Positions 29,081 to 39,150 of a stretch of DNA of 64,000 nucleotides are shown here, piece by piece. Each line of letters opens with the position of its first letter. The first letter of the stretch is position 1. A model generated the notes under the pieces. That model saw only the letters and a list, made by a program, of their open reading frames with translations. It was not told the origin of the DNA and ran no database searches. Made by a program: the position numbers and the translations under genes. The stretch comes from Kofleriaceae bacterium (GTDB taxonomy: Bacteria > Myxococcota_A > Polyangia > Haliangiales > Haliangiaceae), in assembly GCA_041389965.1 (NCBI GenBank), contig JAWKQV010000015.1, positions 111,041 through 175,040 on the forward strand, read 5' to 3'.

Positions 29081-29671
29081 TCAGGCGGCCGGCGCCGGCG
29101 GCCCCTCGTCCTTGAGGCGGATGGGCCCGAAGTCGGCCGGCTTGTGGGGCACCGGGTGGTGCTCGGCGTAGAACGTCCGGATCCGATCCATGTCGGCGCG
29201 CACGTCGCCGGTCAGGTGGATGGGCGCGCCCATGCCCAGGCGCTTGCGCTTGTAGTCCATGTAGCCGGGGACCACCGGGACGTCGGCGCCGCGGGCGATG
29301 TGGTAGAAGCCCGACTTCCAGTGGGTCGACAGGCTGCGCGTCCCCTCGGGTGGGATGACCAGCCACAGGCGGTCGTGGGTGCGGAAGGCCTCGACCATGG
29401 TGTCGACGACGTTGTTGGCCTTGGACCGGTCGATGCCGATCGCGCCCAGCCGCTGCATGATCGGCCCCATCGGGCCGCGCAGCCAGTCGTCTTTGATCAT
29501 GAACGACATGTCGATGCCGGCGCTGGCCGCCATGGCCAGCATCAGCACCCCGTCCCAGTTGCTGGTGTGGGGCACGCCGAGGGCCACGCACTTGGCGACC
29601 GGCGGCACGGTGCCTTCGAGCTCCCAGCCGGCGAGACGGAGCAGGCGGGTGGCGAGCGGGTGCGGCTTCAT
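29081..29671 (-). CDS. Lysophospholipid acyltransferase (PlsC/YihG-like family)
   Basis: Internal Met (MKPHPLATRLLRLAGW...) of ORF 29081..30451 gives 196 aa. HX4D motif: VPHTSNWDGV. PEGTR motif: VIPPEGTRS. Confidence 0.7.
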   Translation of the reverse strand: MKPHPLATRLLRLAGWELEGTVPPVAKCVALGVPHTSNWDGVLMLAMAASAGIDMSFMIKDDWLRGPMGPIMQRLGAIGIDRSKANNVVDTMVEAFRTHDRLWLVIPPEGTRSLSTHWKSGFYHIARGADVPVVPGYMDYKRKRLGMGAPIHLTGDVRADMDRIRTFYAEHHPVPHKPADFGPIRLKDEGPPAPAA

Positions 29672-30076
29672 GGACCGGGATTGTGCCGGTCCGGGCCGGG
29701 CAGGCACGCCCCGGTGGCAACAATCTGCAAGCGCCGCCCGGTGGCCACACCGGGCCCCACGGCCGTGGCAGAGTCGACCTGGTCGGGCCACGCCGCCGGT
29801 CCATTGGTGGACCGAAGGATTTTCAGCCGGACGGAAATCCTGAACCATCGCAACGCTTCGGCACTTCCGGCGTGTCGCGCGGAGACCTACCCAGATGGAT
29901 GAGCTGACCACATCCGTCGTACCCATCGGCCGCCGCACCCGCGTCGGCGATCTGCCTGGCGAGCCCGCACCCGCGGCCGCGGGGCCCGCACCGATCCGCG
30001 GTGCCGGCCGGCGTGTCGCGCCGGCGCGGCCCGGCCCGGCTCGCGATCCGTCCACCCTCTGCACCGGGAGGTCCGC

Positions 30077-30835
30077 GTGACCCTGTTCGATGCCTCGCTG
30101 CAGTTCCCCACGGTGCTGTTCACCATCGGCCTGCTCATCGCGCTGGTGTACTGGCTGTTCGTGATCCTCGGCGCGCTCGACGTCGACCTGCTGGGCGGGG
30201 CCGACGACGTCACCGGCGCGCTCAAGGGCGGCGGCGAGGCGCTCACCGGCGGCGTCAAGGGCGCGGCCGAGATCGCGGGCGGCCACGCCGACGCCGGCGA
30301 CGCGCTGACCGGGGCCGCCAAGGGCAGCGGCGAGGCGGTCACCTCGGGCGCCGGTCTGTGGGCCTGGCTCGGGCTGACCTCGGTGCCGGTGACGGTATCG
30401 GCCTCGCTCATCATGCTGCTGGGCTGGTCGGGATCGGTGCTGCTGATGCACTACGGCACCGGCGCGGTGGGCCCGGTGCTGGGGGCGGTGCTGGCGCTGG
30501 CGGTGGTGCTAGCGGTGCTGCCGGTCGTCGGGCTGCTGGTGCGCCCGCTCAAGCCGGTGTTCGAGGTCAAGGTCGGCAAGCGCAACCGCGAGTACGTCGG
30601 CTCGACCTGCACCATCACCACCGGCCACGTCGACGACGGGTTCGGACAGGCCGTCCTCGAGGAGGGCGCCACCGTGCTGGTCATCCCGGTCCGGTGCGAC
30701 CGCGGCGGCGTGCTGCCGCGTGGGGCCCGGGCGCTGATCATCGACTTCGACGCCGCCCGCCACGCCTACCTGGTCGAGCCGGTCACCGAGCTTCTGGGCG
30801 CGCCGCCCGCCGGTGACGCCGGTGATGCCTCATAG
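30077..30835 (+). CDS. YqiJ/NfeD-like inner-membrane protein (DUF1449-like; OB-fold C-terminus)
   Basis: GTG start. TM helices (VLFTIGLLIALVYWLFVILG; LIMLLGWSGSVLL; VLGAVLALAVVLAVLPVVGLLV) are followed by a soluble domain VGSTCTITTGHVDDGFGQAVLEEGATVLVIPVRC, typical of NfeD/YqiJ partners of flotillins. Confidence 0.6.
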   Translation: MTLFDASLQFPTVLFTIGLLIALVYWLFVILGALDVDLLGGADDVTGALKGGGEALTGGVKGAAEIAGGHADAGDALTGAAKGSGEAVTSGAGLWAWLGLTSVPVTVSASLIMLLGWSGSVLLMHYGTGAVGPVLGAVLALAVVLAVLPVVGLLVRPLKPVFEVKVGKRNREYVGSTCTITTGHVDDGFGQAVLEEGATVLVIPVRCDRGGVLPRGARALIIDFDAARHAYLVEPVTELLGAPPAGDAGDAS

Positions 30836-30922
30836 CCGTCGGCCGACCGCACGGTCGTCGCGTCGTCTCGTCGTCTCGGGGGTCACGTTCGTGGCCGGCG
30901 CTGGCCGGCCGAGGAGTCTCGC

Positions 30923-33079
30923 ATGGACAAGCAGCTGCTCATCGCCGTCGTCGGCATCTCCGTGGTCGTCCTGTTCGGACTGATGGTGCTGATCGCCCGC
31001 ACCTTCCGCCAGGTCGAACAGGGTCGCGCCATGATCATCAACCGCCTGCGCGGCGAGCCCAAGGTGACCTTCTCGGGGTCGGTGGTGCTGCCGGTGGTCA
31101 ACAAGGCCGAGATCATGGACCTGTCGGTCAAGACCATCGACGTCGCCCGCCGCGGCAAGGACGGCCTGATCTGCGCCGACAACATCCGCGCCGACATCAA
31201 GGTCACGTTCTTCGTCCGGGTCAACAAGACCGTCGACGACGTGCTGCGGGTCGCGCAGTCGATCGGGTGCGCCCGGGCTTCGCAGCAGTCGACCCTCGAG
31301 GAGCTGTTCGCCGCCAAGTTCTCGGAGGCGCTCAAGACCGTCGGCAAGAAGATGGAGTTCGAGCAGCTCTACACCCAGCGCGACGTGTTCAAGGACCAGA
31401 TCATCGCGGTCATCGGCAAGGACCTCAACGGCTACGTCCTCGACGACGCCGCCATCGACTACCTCGAGCAGACGCCGATCGAGATCCTCGATCCCAACAA
31501 CGTCCTCGACGCGCTGGGCATCCGCAAGATCACCGACATCACCACGTCGGCCGCCATCGACACCAACCAGCTCAAGCAGAAGGAGCGGATGGAGCTGGGC
31601 AAGCAGAACCTGACCTCCGACGAGGCCATCTTCCGCTTCGAGCAGCAGCGGTCCGAGGCCGAGGCCAAGAAGAACAAGGAGATCGCGATCGCCAACGCCC
31701 GCGAGGAGAACGAGGCCAGCCGGTTCCGGCTCGAGGAGGAGAAGCGCACCCACGTCGACCGCCAGCGCGCCGAGGAGGCCATCCAGATGGCCGAGCAGGC
31801 CAAGCTGCGCGCGGTCCAGGTCAGCGAGCAGGGCCGGGTCCGCGAGGTCGAGGTCGAGAAGGTCCGCGTGGCCAAGGCCCACGATCTCGAGGAGGTCGTG
31901 CGCCGCCGCGAGGTCGAGCTGGGCCAGATCGAGATGGCCAAGGTGGTCGAGGCCGAGAAGCGCTCGATCGCCGACATCGTGCGGGCCCGGGTCGCGGTCG
32001 ACAAGACCGTCGCGGTCGAGGAGGAGGCCATCAAGGACCTGCGCACCGACGCCGAGGCCAAGCGCCACAAGCACGTCACCATCGTCAACGCCGAGGCGGC
32101 GGCCCAGGAGATCTTCATCAAGGACATCAAGAAGGCCGAGGCCGAGCAGCAGGTGGCGTCGGCCCACGCCAAGAAGCAGCTGATCCTGGCCGAGGCGGCC
32201 ATGGAGGCGTCCGACAAGGAGGCCCGCGCGGCGATCCGGCGCAGCGAGGGCACCCAGGCCGAGCACGCCGCGCCGGGCCTGGCCGCGGTGCGGGTCAAGG
32301 AGGCCGACGCGATCGCGCTGGAGAAGACCGGCATGGCCCAGGCCAAGGTCAAGGAGGCCCAGGTCCAGGTGGCCGACCGCGAGGGCGTGGTCGTGGCCGA
32401 GAACGTGCGGCGCAAGGCCATGGCCGAGGCGGCCGGGCGCGAGGCCGAGGCCGCGGCCATCGAGAAGACCGGCCTGGCCGAGGCGGTCGGGCTGCGCGAG
32501 AAGTTGTTGGCCGAGGTCACCGCCAAGGAGGCCGAGGCCGGCGCCATCGAGAAGCGCATGCTGGCCGAGGCCCACGGCCTGGCCCAGAAGGCCGAGGCGA
32601 TGCGCGCGCTCGAGGGCTCGGCCCGGGAGCACGAGGAGTTCCGGCTGCGGCTGGCCAACGAGCGCGAGATCGCGCTCGAGCAGATCAAGGCGCGGGTCGC
32701 GGTGTCCGACTCCCAGGCCAAGGTCATGGCCGAGGCCATGGGCAAGGCCGACATCAAGATCGTCGGCGGCGACGGCCAGTTCTTCGACCGCTTCGTGCGG
32801 GCGGTGTCCCTGGGCCAGGCGATCGACGGCGTGGTCGACAGCTCCGAGGTGGTGCGCGGCGCGCTGGGCGACCGGCTCACCAGCGGCTCGGGCGCGCTGG
32901 TGCAAGACCTGAAGGACGTGGTCGGCGCCGTCGGTGGCTCGGCGGCGAACCTGCAGCACCTGTCGGTGGCGGCCGCGCTGGCCGGGCTGATGGCCAAGGC
33001 CGATGAGCCGACCCGGGCCAAGCTGGCGAGCCTGCTCGAGCAGGCCAAGCAGCTGGGCCTCGACGCACCGACCCGGTGA
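30923..33079 (+). CDS. Flotillin family protein (SPFH/band-7 domain; YqiK/FloT-like) with long coiled-coil C-terminus
   Basis: N-terminal TM MDKQLLIAVVGISVVVLFGLMVLIA, then an SPFH core (RAMIINRLRGEPKVTFSGSVVLPVV...DNIRADIKVTFFVRV). It has extensive EA-rich coiled-coil repeats. GAGGAG RBS. Confidence 0.85.
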   Translation: MDKQLLIAVVGISVVVLFGLMVLIARTFRQVEQGRAMIINRLRGEPKVTFSGSVVLPVVNKAEIMDLSVKTIDVARRGKDGLICADNIRADIKVTFFVRVNKTVDDVLRVAQSIGCARASQQSTLEELFAAKFSEALKTVGKKMEFEQLYTQRDVFKDQIIAVIGKDLNGYVLDDAAIDYLEQTPIEILDPNNVLDALGIRKITDITTSAAIDTNQLKQKERMELGKQNLTSDEAIFRFEQQRSEAEAKKNKEIAIANAREENEASRFRLEEEKRTHVDRQRAEEAIQMAEQAKLRAVQVSEQGRVREVEVEKVRVAKAHDLEEVVRRREVELGQIEMAKVVEAEKRSIADIVRARVAVDKTVAVEEEAIKDLRTDAEAKRHKHVTIVNAEAAAQEIFIKDIKKAEAEQQVASAHAKKQLILAEAAMEASDKEARAAIRRSEGTQAEHAAPGLAAVRVKEADAIALEKTGMAQAKVKEAQVQVADREGVVVAENVRRKAMAEAAGREAEAAAIEKTGLAEAVGLREKLLAEVTAKEAEAGAIEKRMLAEAHGLAQKAEAMRALEGSAREHEEFRLRLANEREIALEQIKARVAVSDSQAKVMAEAMGKADIKIVGGDGQFFDRFVRAVSLGQAIDGVVDSSEVVRGALGDRLTSGSGALVQDLKDVVGAVGGSAANLQHLSVAAALAGLMAKADEPTRAKLASLLEQAKQLGLDAPTR

Positions 33080-33209
33080 CCCGGCGCTCGGCCCGCGCGA
33101 GGCGGGGTGGCCGGTGGCCCCACGGCGCCGGCGCCCCCCTCGGTCGTCCCCGAACTTCCGTGCCCGACGGCGCCTGCGCCATCGGCGCGCTCGTCCCTGC
33201 GAGGTCCCC

Positions 33210-36200
33210 ATGGCTGATGTCGACGCCGCCCTGACCGGTGGCAACTACCAGGTGCTCCGGCAACGGCTGGCCGCGGCCGGCGCCGAGCTGGCGCGCCGCG
33301 CCGAGGCGCTCAACCAGCGCCGCAAGACGCTGTTCGGGGCGACCGAGCCGCAGCTCTTGGCCACCGAGCGGGTGCGCTCGGCCCACAACTGCGCGCCGGT
33401 CGATATCGTCGCGGTGGGCGACGAGCTGTTGCTCGGCTTCAACGTGTTCCTCGGGCTCAAGAGCGAGACCCAGGTCAGCGACGTGCTGGCGCGCCACCGG
33501 TTCGAGCCGACCGAGGGCGGCGGCTTCGACACCGCGCCGGTGGCGGCCGGCGGCCCCGACGACTTCCTGGCCGGGCCCGACCTGGCCCGAGACTTCGCCA
33601 ACCTGTACCGCTACTACCGCGACGCCCGCCTGATCCAGCTCATCAAGCGCGACACCCTGCTGTTGGCGGTGTTCCAGGCCGGCGCCACCTGGCGCGACCA
33701 CAAGGTGCTGCGCTGGCGCATCGAGCCCGACGGCCGGGTGGTCTACGTCGACGACCGCGGCGACCGCGACCTGGCCGGGCTGTACCCGCCGGCCTACGAC
33801 TTCGCGTGGCGCGAGGTCACCCGCGACGACCAGGTGGCCGGACGCCACCCGCACTACAACCTGCTCGACCAGGTGTTCGTCGAGACCGTCGGCGGCGACC
33901 TGACCATCAAGGTCGAGGACAACACCGAGACCGGCCGCGGCATCTACCGCGAGCCGGTCGAGGACGCCAACCAGTCGCTCGACGACGCCCGCATCTGGTA
34001 CGCGCCCATCGGCAAGCCGGGCGGGCTGATCGTGATCAAGGTGCTGCCGTTCCGGGAGACCACCTGGCGCTACCTGGTGTTCGACGCCCGCTCGCGCACG
34101 GTGGTGCGGGCCGACGGCATCGGCCAGGGCTGCCGCTCGTTGCCCGAGGACCACGGCGTGGTGTTCCCGGGTGGCTACGTGCTGGTCGGCGGCGCCCACA
34201 AGACCTTCGACGGCGACGCCACCGACTACGTGCTCAAGCGCGAGCTGCGCTCGCCCAACGGCGAGGACGTGCTGTACGTCTACCACCGCGGCCGCGACGG
34301 CACCTACCTGCTGTACCCGTACAACCTGATCGACAAGGCGGTGGCCACGCCGATCACCTGCCACGGCTACTCGCTGTTCGCCGACGGCCGGATGGTGGTG
34401 CTGCGGGCCGGCTCGGCCGAGCCGACCCGGGTCCACCCGATGCAGGTGTGGCGCACGCCGTTCACCTCGGCCGAGCACGCGGCGTCGGCGCCCACTGACG
34501 GCAGCTACCTGGCCAAGGTCGGCAACGCCGAGCTGGTGCGCGGGCTGTCGGACGCGCTGTCGATCGCCCGGCTGGCCGCCAGCGACCGGCCCCAGCGCTC
34601 GACCTTCGAAGACCTGCTGGCGCTGGCGACCAAGGCCGGCGACGCCTACTACTGGCTGGGCCACCCCGACGCCGGCGAGCTGAGCGGCGCGGTGGCCGAC
34701 GTCAAGGCCGCTGCGAAGCTTATCCTCGACGAGTACGACAAGGTGCTGGCGCTGGAGGCGGCCGCCGCGGTGGCGGTCACCGAGGCCGAGGCCGCGGTGG
34801 CCGAGCGGCTGCGAGCGACCCGGTCCGAGGGCTGGGACACGGTCGAGCCGTTCCTCGACGCGCTGACCGGGCTGCGCGGGCTGCGCGGGCTGCTCATCAG
34901 CCAGCGCGAGCTGCGGTTCGTCGACGTGGCGCGCCTGGCCGCGCTCGAGGCCGAGGTGGTGGCGGCGTTCGACCGCGTCACCGCGGACTGTGTGACGCTC
35001 TTGGCGCGCGGCGACGCCTTCGGGGCGCTGGTGGCGCGGGCCGCGGACCTGGCCGCGCAGGCCGGCCAGCTGACCACGGCGGCGGCGGTGGCGCCGCTGC
35101 GGGCCCAGATCGACGAGGTGGCCGGCGGGCTCGACCTGCTGGGCTCGGTGATCGGCTCGCTGGCCATCGCCGACACCACCCGCCGCACCGCGATCCTCGA
35201 GAACATCACCGACGCGTTCGCCGCGGTGAACCGCGGCCGGGCGGTGGTCGAGGGCCGCCACCGCGAGCTGGCCACCCACGAGGGCCGGGCCGAGTTCGGC
35301 GCCCAGGTGAAGCTGCTCGGCCAGACCGTGGCGTCGGCGCTGGCCCAGTGCGACACGCCCGAGCGGTGCGACCAGGAGCTGGCCCGGCTGTTGGTCTCGC
35401 TCGAAGAGCTGGAGGGCCGGTTCGCCGAGCTCGACGAGCTGGCCGCGGAGCTGGCCACCAAGCGTGAGGAGATCGTCGACGCGGTCGGGGCCAGAAAGCA
35501 GCTCCTGGCGGCCGAGCGGCAACGCCGGACCGCCAACCTGCACAAGGCGGCGCAGCGGATCCTCGACGGCGTCGCCCGCCGGGCCGGTGCGCTGACCAGC
35601 GCCGACGAGATCAACGCGTACTTCGCGTCCGACGCGATGATCGCCAAGCTGCGCGACGTGGTCGCCGAGCTGGCGGCGCTGGGCGACGCGGTCAAGGCCG
35701 ACGAGCTGGAGGCCCGCCTCAAGGCCGCGCGCCAGGACGCGCTGCGCGGGCAGCGCGACGCCGCCGACCTGTTCGAGGACGGCGGCGGGTTGATCCGGTT
35801 GGGCGACCACCGCTTCCCGGTCAACCAGCAGCCGCTCGAGCTGATGATCGTGCCCCACGACGACGGGCTGGCGATCCACCTGGCCGGCACCGACTACTAC
35901 GAGGCGGTGACCGACCCGCGGCTGGTCGCGGCCCGCGCGCTGTGGGATCAGGACCTGCCGTCGGAGTCGGCCACGGTCTACCGCGGCGAGTACCTGGCGG
36001 CGGCGGTGCTGGCCGAGGCCGAGGCCGGCGCCGGCGGGCTGACGGTGGCGGCGCTCCACGACCAGGTCCGGGCCGGCACGCTCGAGGCGACGCTGCGCCA
36101 GCTAGCCCAGGCCCGCTACGACGAGGGCTACGAGCGCGGCGTGCACGACCACGACGCGGCCCGCATCCTCGAGAAGCTGTTGGCCATGCGCGACGGCGCC

Positions 36201-38516
36201 GGGCTGCTCGGCTTCGCCGGGCCGGCCCGGGCCCTGGCGGTGGTGGCCTGGGTCGGGCTGGTCGACGACGGCGCCCGCGCCCGCTGGCACCGCGCGGCCC
36301 AGAGCCTGGGCCGGCTGGCCGAGACCCTGGGCGATCGCGGCGCCCAGGCCCAGCTGGCGGTCGAGCTGACCCGGGCCATCGAGCGGCGCCTGGCCGACGA
36401 CCCGGCGCTGGCCGGCGCGGGCCTGGTGGCGGCCGACGCGCCGACCGCCGCGGCCTACCTGGTGCGCGAGCTGGCGGCGCCCCACCCGCGGTGGGTGGTC
36501 AGCGGCGCCGCGGTGGCGCTGCGCGACGCGCTGTACGCCGAGCTCGACGGCCGCGGCGCGCGGGCGACCTTCGACGACGACCTGGCGGCGATGGGGGCCG
36601 GGTCGGGGGCCGCGCTGACCCTGGCGCGGGCGTGGATCGACGGCGTCGTGGCGCGCCGCCCCGAGCTGGCCGCGGCCGCGGTCGAGGCGGCGGCGCTGGT
36701 GGCCACGCCCGGGCTGGCGCGCGAGCCATCGAGCGCGATCGTCGAGGCCGAGGTGGCCGGCTTGTACGGCCGCCACCCGCGCATCGTCGGCGGGGTGTTG
36801 CCGGTGCGGCTCGACGAGCTGGTGGCGCGGCTGGCCCGGTTCCGCGCCGACACCGTGCCGGCGTTCCGCGCCTACCGTGCGGCCCGGGCCGAGGTCGCCG
36901 AGCGTGAGCGGGCCCGGCTGCGGCTGGGCGAGCTGACGCCGCGGGTCATGTCGTCGTTCGTGCGCAACCGCCTCATCGATCAGGTCTACCTGCCGCTGGT
37001 CGGCGCCAACCTGGCCAAGCAGCTGGGCGCGGCCGGGGCGGCGAAGCGCACCGATCAGATGGGCCTGTTGCTATTGGTGTCGCCGCCCGGGTACGGCAAG
37101 ACCACGCTCATGGAGTACGTGGCGGCGCGGCTGGGCCTGGCCTTCGTCAAGGTCAACGGCCCGGCGCTGGGCCACGCCGTGACCTCGCTCGATCCGGCCG
37201 ACGCCGGCAACGCCACCGCCCGCCAGGAGGTCGAGAAGGTGAACCTGGCGCTCGAGCTGGGCACCAACGTGATGCTCTACCTCGACGACATCCAGCACAC
37301 CTCGCCCGAGCTGCTGCAGAAGTTCATCTCGCTGTGCGACGCGCAGCGCAAGATCGAGGGCGTGTGGCGGGGCCGGACCCGCACCTACGATCTGCGCGGC
37401 AAGAAGTTCTGCGTGGTGATGGCCGGCAACCCGTACACCGAAAGCGGCGAGCAGTTCCGCATCCCCGACATGCTGGCCAACCGCGCCGACGTCTACAACC
37501 TGGGCGACGTGCTGGCCGGGCAGGGCGACGCCTTCGCGCTGTCGTTCCTGGAGAACGCGCTGACCGCCAACCCGGTGCTGGCGCCGTTGGCCGGGCGCGA
37601 CCTGGCCGACGTCGGCAAGCTCATCCGCCTGGCCGCCGGCGAGCCGGTGCCGACCACCGAGCTGTCCCACGGCTACGCCGCGGTCGAGCTGGAGGAGCTC
37701 TTGCTGGTCATCCGCCACCTGGTCACCGTCCAGGGCACCCTCCTCAAGGTCAACGCCGCGTACATCCACTCGGCGGCCCAGGCCGACGCGTTCCGCACCG
37801 AGCCGCCGTTCAAGCTGCAGGGCAGCTACCGCAACATGGGCAAGATCGCCGAGCGGGTGGTCGCGGCGATGACCGCCGACGAGCTCGAGCGGCTCATCGA
37901 TGATCACTACCGCGGCGAGGCCCAGACGCTGACCTCCGCGGCCGAGCAGAACCTGCTCAAGCTGGCCGAGCTGCGCGGGCGGCTCGACGCCGCCGGGGCG
38001 GCGCGGTGGGCCGAGATCAAGGCCGAGTACCAGCGCCAGCGGCGCATGGGCGGCGCGGCCGACGATCCGGTGGCGCGCCTGGTCGGCACGTTGGGTGGCC
38101 TGGGCGCCGAGCTGGCCGCGATCCGCGCAGCGCTGGCCGGCGCGGCGTCGACCGCGGAGCTGGGCGGTGAGGTGCGCGCGCTTCGCCAGGCCGTGGTGGC
38201 GGCGGCCCAGCGCGCGACCGCCGACGGGGCGGCCCGGGACCCCGAGGCGTGGTTGGGGCCGCGGCTCGACGCGCTGGCCGCCAGCCTGGCCAGCCCCCGC
38301 GCGGCCGGGCCGGGGCCGCGCACCGACGGGGCCGCGGTCGACGCCGAGCGGCTCTTGGGCCAGATCCGGCGCATCGAGGATTCGCTGGTGCCGGTCATCG
38401 GCGCCGCGGTCGATCAGCGCGCCGGCGATCAGGTGCTGGCGATGAAGATGGTGCAGATCATCGAGCTGCTCGAGCAGCTCGACGCCCGCCTGGCGCTGGG
38501 CGACCGGCGGGGCTGA
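33210..38516 (+). CDS. Very large (1768 aa) protein with C-terminal MoxR-like AAA+ ATPase domain, encoded directly downstream of the NfeD-like/flotillin pair
   Basis: ATG at 33210 is in frame with ORF 33003..38516. Walker A: LLLVSPPGYGKTTLMEY. Walker B: VMLYLDDIQHTSPE. Sensor/MoxR-like: FCVVMAGNPYTESGEQFRIPDMLANRADVYNL. The ~1300-aa N-terminal region matches no family I recognise. Confidence 0.65.
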   Translation: MADVDAALTGGNYQVLRQRLAAAGAELARRAEALNQRRKTLFGATEPQLLATERVRSAHNCAPVDIVAVGDELLLGFNVFLGLKSETQVSDVLARHRFEPTEGGGFDTAPVAAGGPDDFLAGPDLARDFANLYRYYRDARLIQLIKRDTLLLAVFQAGATWRDHKVLRWRIEPDGRVVYVDDRGDRDLAGLYPPAYDFAWREVTRDDQVAGRHPHYNLLDQVFVETVGGDLTIKVEDNTETGRGIYREPVEDANQSLDDARIWYAPIGKPGGLIVIKVLPFRETTWRYLVFDARSRTVVRADGIGQGCRSLPEDHGVVFPGGYVLVGGAHKTFDGDATDYVLKRELRSPNGEDVLYVYHRGRDGTYLLYPYNLIDKAVATPITCHGYSLFADGRMVVLRAGSAEPTRVHPMQVWRTPFTSAEHAASAPTDGSYLAKVGNAELVRGLSDALSIARLAASDRPQRSTFEDLLALATKAGDAYYWLGHPDAGELSGAVADVKAAAKLILDEYDKVLALEAAAAVAVTEAEAAVAERLRATRSEGWDTVEPFLDALTGLRGLRGLLISQRELRFVDVARLAALEAEVVAAFDRVTADCVTLLARGDAFGALVARAADLAAQAGQLTTAAAVAPLRAQIDEVAGGLDLLGSVIGSLAIADTTRRTAILENITDAFAAVNRGRAVVEGRHRELATHEGRAEFGAQVKLLGQTVASALAQCDTPERCDQELARLLVSLEELEGRFAELDELAAELATKREEIVDAVGARKQLLAAERQRRTANLHKAAQRILDGVARRAGALTSADEINAYFASDAMIAKLRDVVAELAALGDAVKADELEARLKAARQDALRGQRDAADLFEDGGGLIRLGDHRFPVNQQPLELMIVPHDDGLAIHLAGTDYYEAVTDPRLVAARALWDQDLPSESATVYRGEYLAAAVLAEAEAGAGGLTVAALHDQVRAGTLEATLRQLAQARYDEGYERGVHDHDAARILEKLLAMRDGAGLLGFAGPARALAVVAWVGLVDDGARARWHRAAQSLGRLAETLGDRGAQAQLAVELTRAIERRLADDPALAGAGLVAADAPTAAAYLVRELAAPHPRWVVSGAAVALRDALYAELDGRGARATFDDDLAAMGAGSGAALTLARAWIDGVVARRPELAAAAVEAAALVATPGLAREPSSAIVEAEVAGLYGRHPRIVGGVLPVRLDELVARLARFRADTVPAFRAYRAARAEVAERERARLRLGELTPRVMSSFVRNRLIDQVYLPLVGANLAKQLGAAGAAKRTDQMGLLLLVSPPGYGKTTLMEYVAARLGLAFVKVNGPALGHAVTSLDPADAGNATARQEVEKVNLALELGTNVMLYLDDIQHTSPELLQKFISLCDAQRKIEGVWRGRTRTYDLRGKKFCVVMAGNPYTESGEQFRIPDMLANRADVYNLGDVLAGQGDAFALSFLENALTANPVLAPLAGRDLADVGKLIRLAAGEPVPTTELSHGYAAVELEELLLVIRHLVTVQGTLLKVNAAYIHSAAQADAFRTEPPFKLQGSYRNMGKIAERVVAAMTADELERLIDDHYRGEAQTLTSAAEQNLLKLAELRGRLDAAGAARWAEIKAEYQRQRRMGGAADDPVARLVGTLGGLGAELAAIRAALAGAASTAELGGEVRALRQAVVAAAQRATADGAARDPEAWLGPRLDALAASLASPRAAGPGPRTDGAAVDAERLLGQIRRIEDSLVPVIGAAVDQRAGDQVLAMKMVQIIELLEQLDARLALGDRRG

Positions 38517-38540
38517 TCGCCGCCGGGGCGCCCACCGCGG

Positions 38541-39065
38541 TCACGGCGCGATGGTGAACACGAAGTCGCGCGGCGCGTGGCTGTGGCAGTCGACGCAGAT
38601 GGTGTTGGGCGGGCCGCTGCCGCCGGTGCCGTCGGCCACCACGGTGCCGTCGGCCACCTCGTACCAGTACCAGTTGCTGCCGTCGGTCCCGTCGGCGTCC
38701 TTGCGGTACACCGCGTACCCGATGATGGCGTCGGCGGGGTCGCGCAGCTCCTTGACCGAGGCCGCCCCGATCGGGAACGGCCCGGCGGTCGAGCCGTGGA
38801 GCGCGTCGTTGTTGCAGATGCGGTTGCGCCCGTGGGGTGACGGGGCGCGGGCGTCGTGGGGCGCGGCCTCGCAGTTCCAGCTCAGGTAGTGGCCGGCTGC
38901 GATCCAGGCGTCGACGTTGGCGGCGCCGCTGGGTGGGGTCTGGGCGACCTGGGCTGCATCGGTGCCGGGGGCGGCGTCGATGGTCGCGGCGGTGCCGTCG
39001 TCGCCGCCGCACGCGGCCAGGAAGGCCATCGCGATGGCCAGTGGGATCAGGGGTTCGGTTTCCAT
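38541..39065 (-). CDS. Lipoprotein with CxxCH motif (putative c-type cytochrome-like)
   Basis: Internal Met of ORF 38541..39965: METEPLIPLAIAMAFLAACGGDD (lipobox), then ...NTICVDCHSHAP. RBS GGAGGA. Confidence 0.55.
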   Translation of the reverse strand: METEPLIPLAIAMAFLAACGGDDGTAATIDAAPGTDAAQVAQTPPSGAANVDAWIAAGHYLSWNCEAAPHDARAPSPHGRNRICNNDALHGSTAGPFPIGAASVKELRDPADAIIGYAVYRKDADGTDGSNWYWYEVADGTVVADGTGGSGPPNTICVDCHSHAPRDFVFTIAP

Positions 39066-39127
39066 GAGAGTCCTCCGCCGGCAGTACGGCAGCCGGGGAC
39101 CTGGGTAACTCGCAATGTTCACATCGA

Positions 39128-39150
39128 ATCGTTGCGCTTGTAGCAACGAT
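39128..39150. promoter_or_regulatory. Perfect inverted repeat ATCGTTGC-N7-GCAACGAT (LysR-type T-N11-A box) in divergent lysR/lipoprotein intergenic region
   Basis: Read directly; it sits 16 bp upstream of the proposed LysR GTG start. Confidence 0.55.

Noticed and set aside
29081-30451. Full 456-aa reverse ORF
   Set aside because: Its N-terminal 260 aa are Arg/Gly-rich and antisense to the yqiJ-like gene. Only the C-terminal 196 aa, from MKPHPL, match the acyltransferase family.
30830-36059. Two very long reverse ORFs (804 and 1060 aa) opposite flotillin and the AAA+ gene
   Set aside because: Gly/Leu/Asp/Arg/Val low-complexity translations. The forward frames carry an SPFH domain and Walker motifs.
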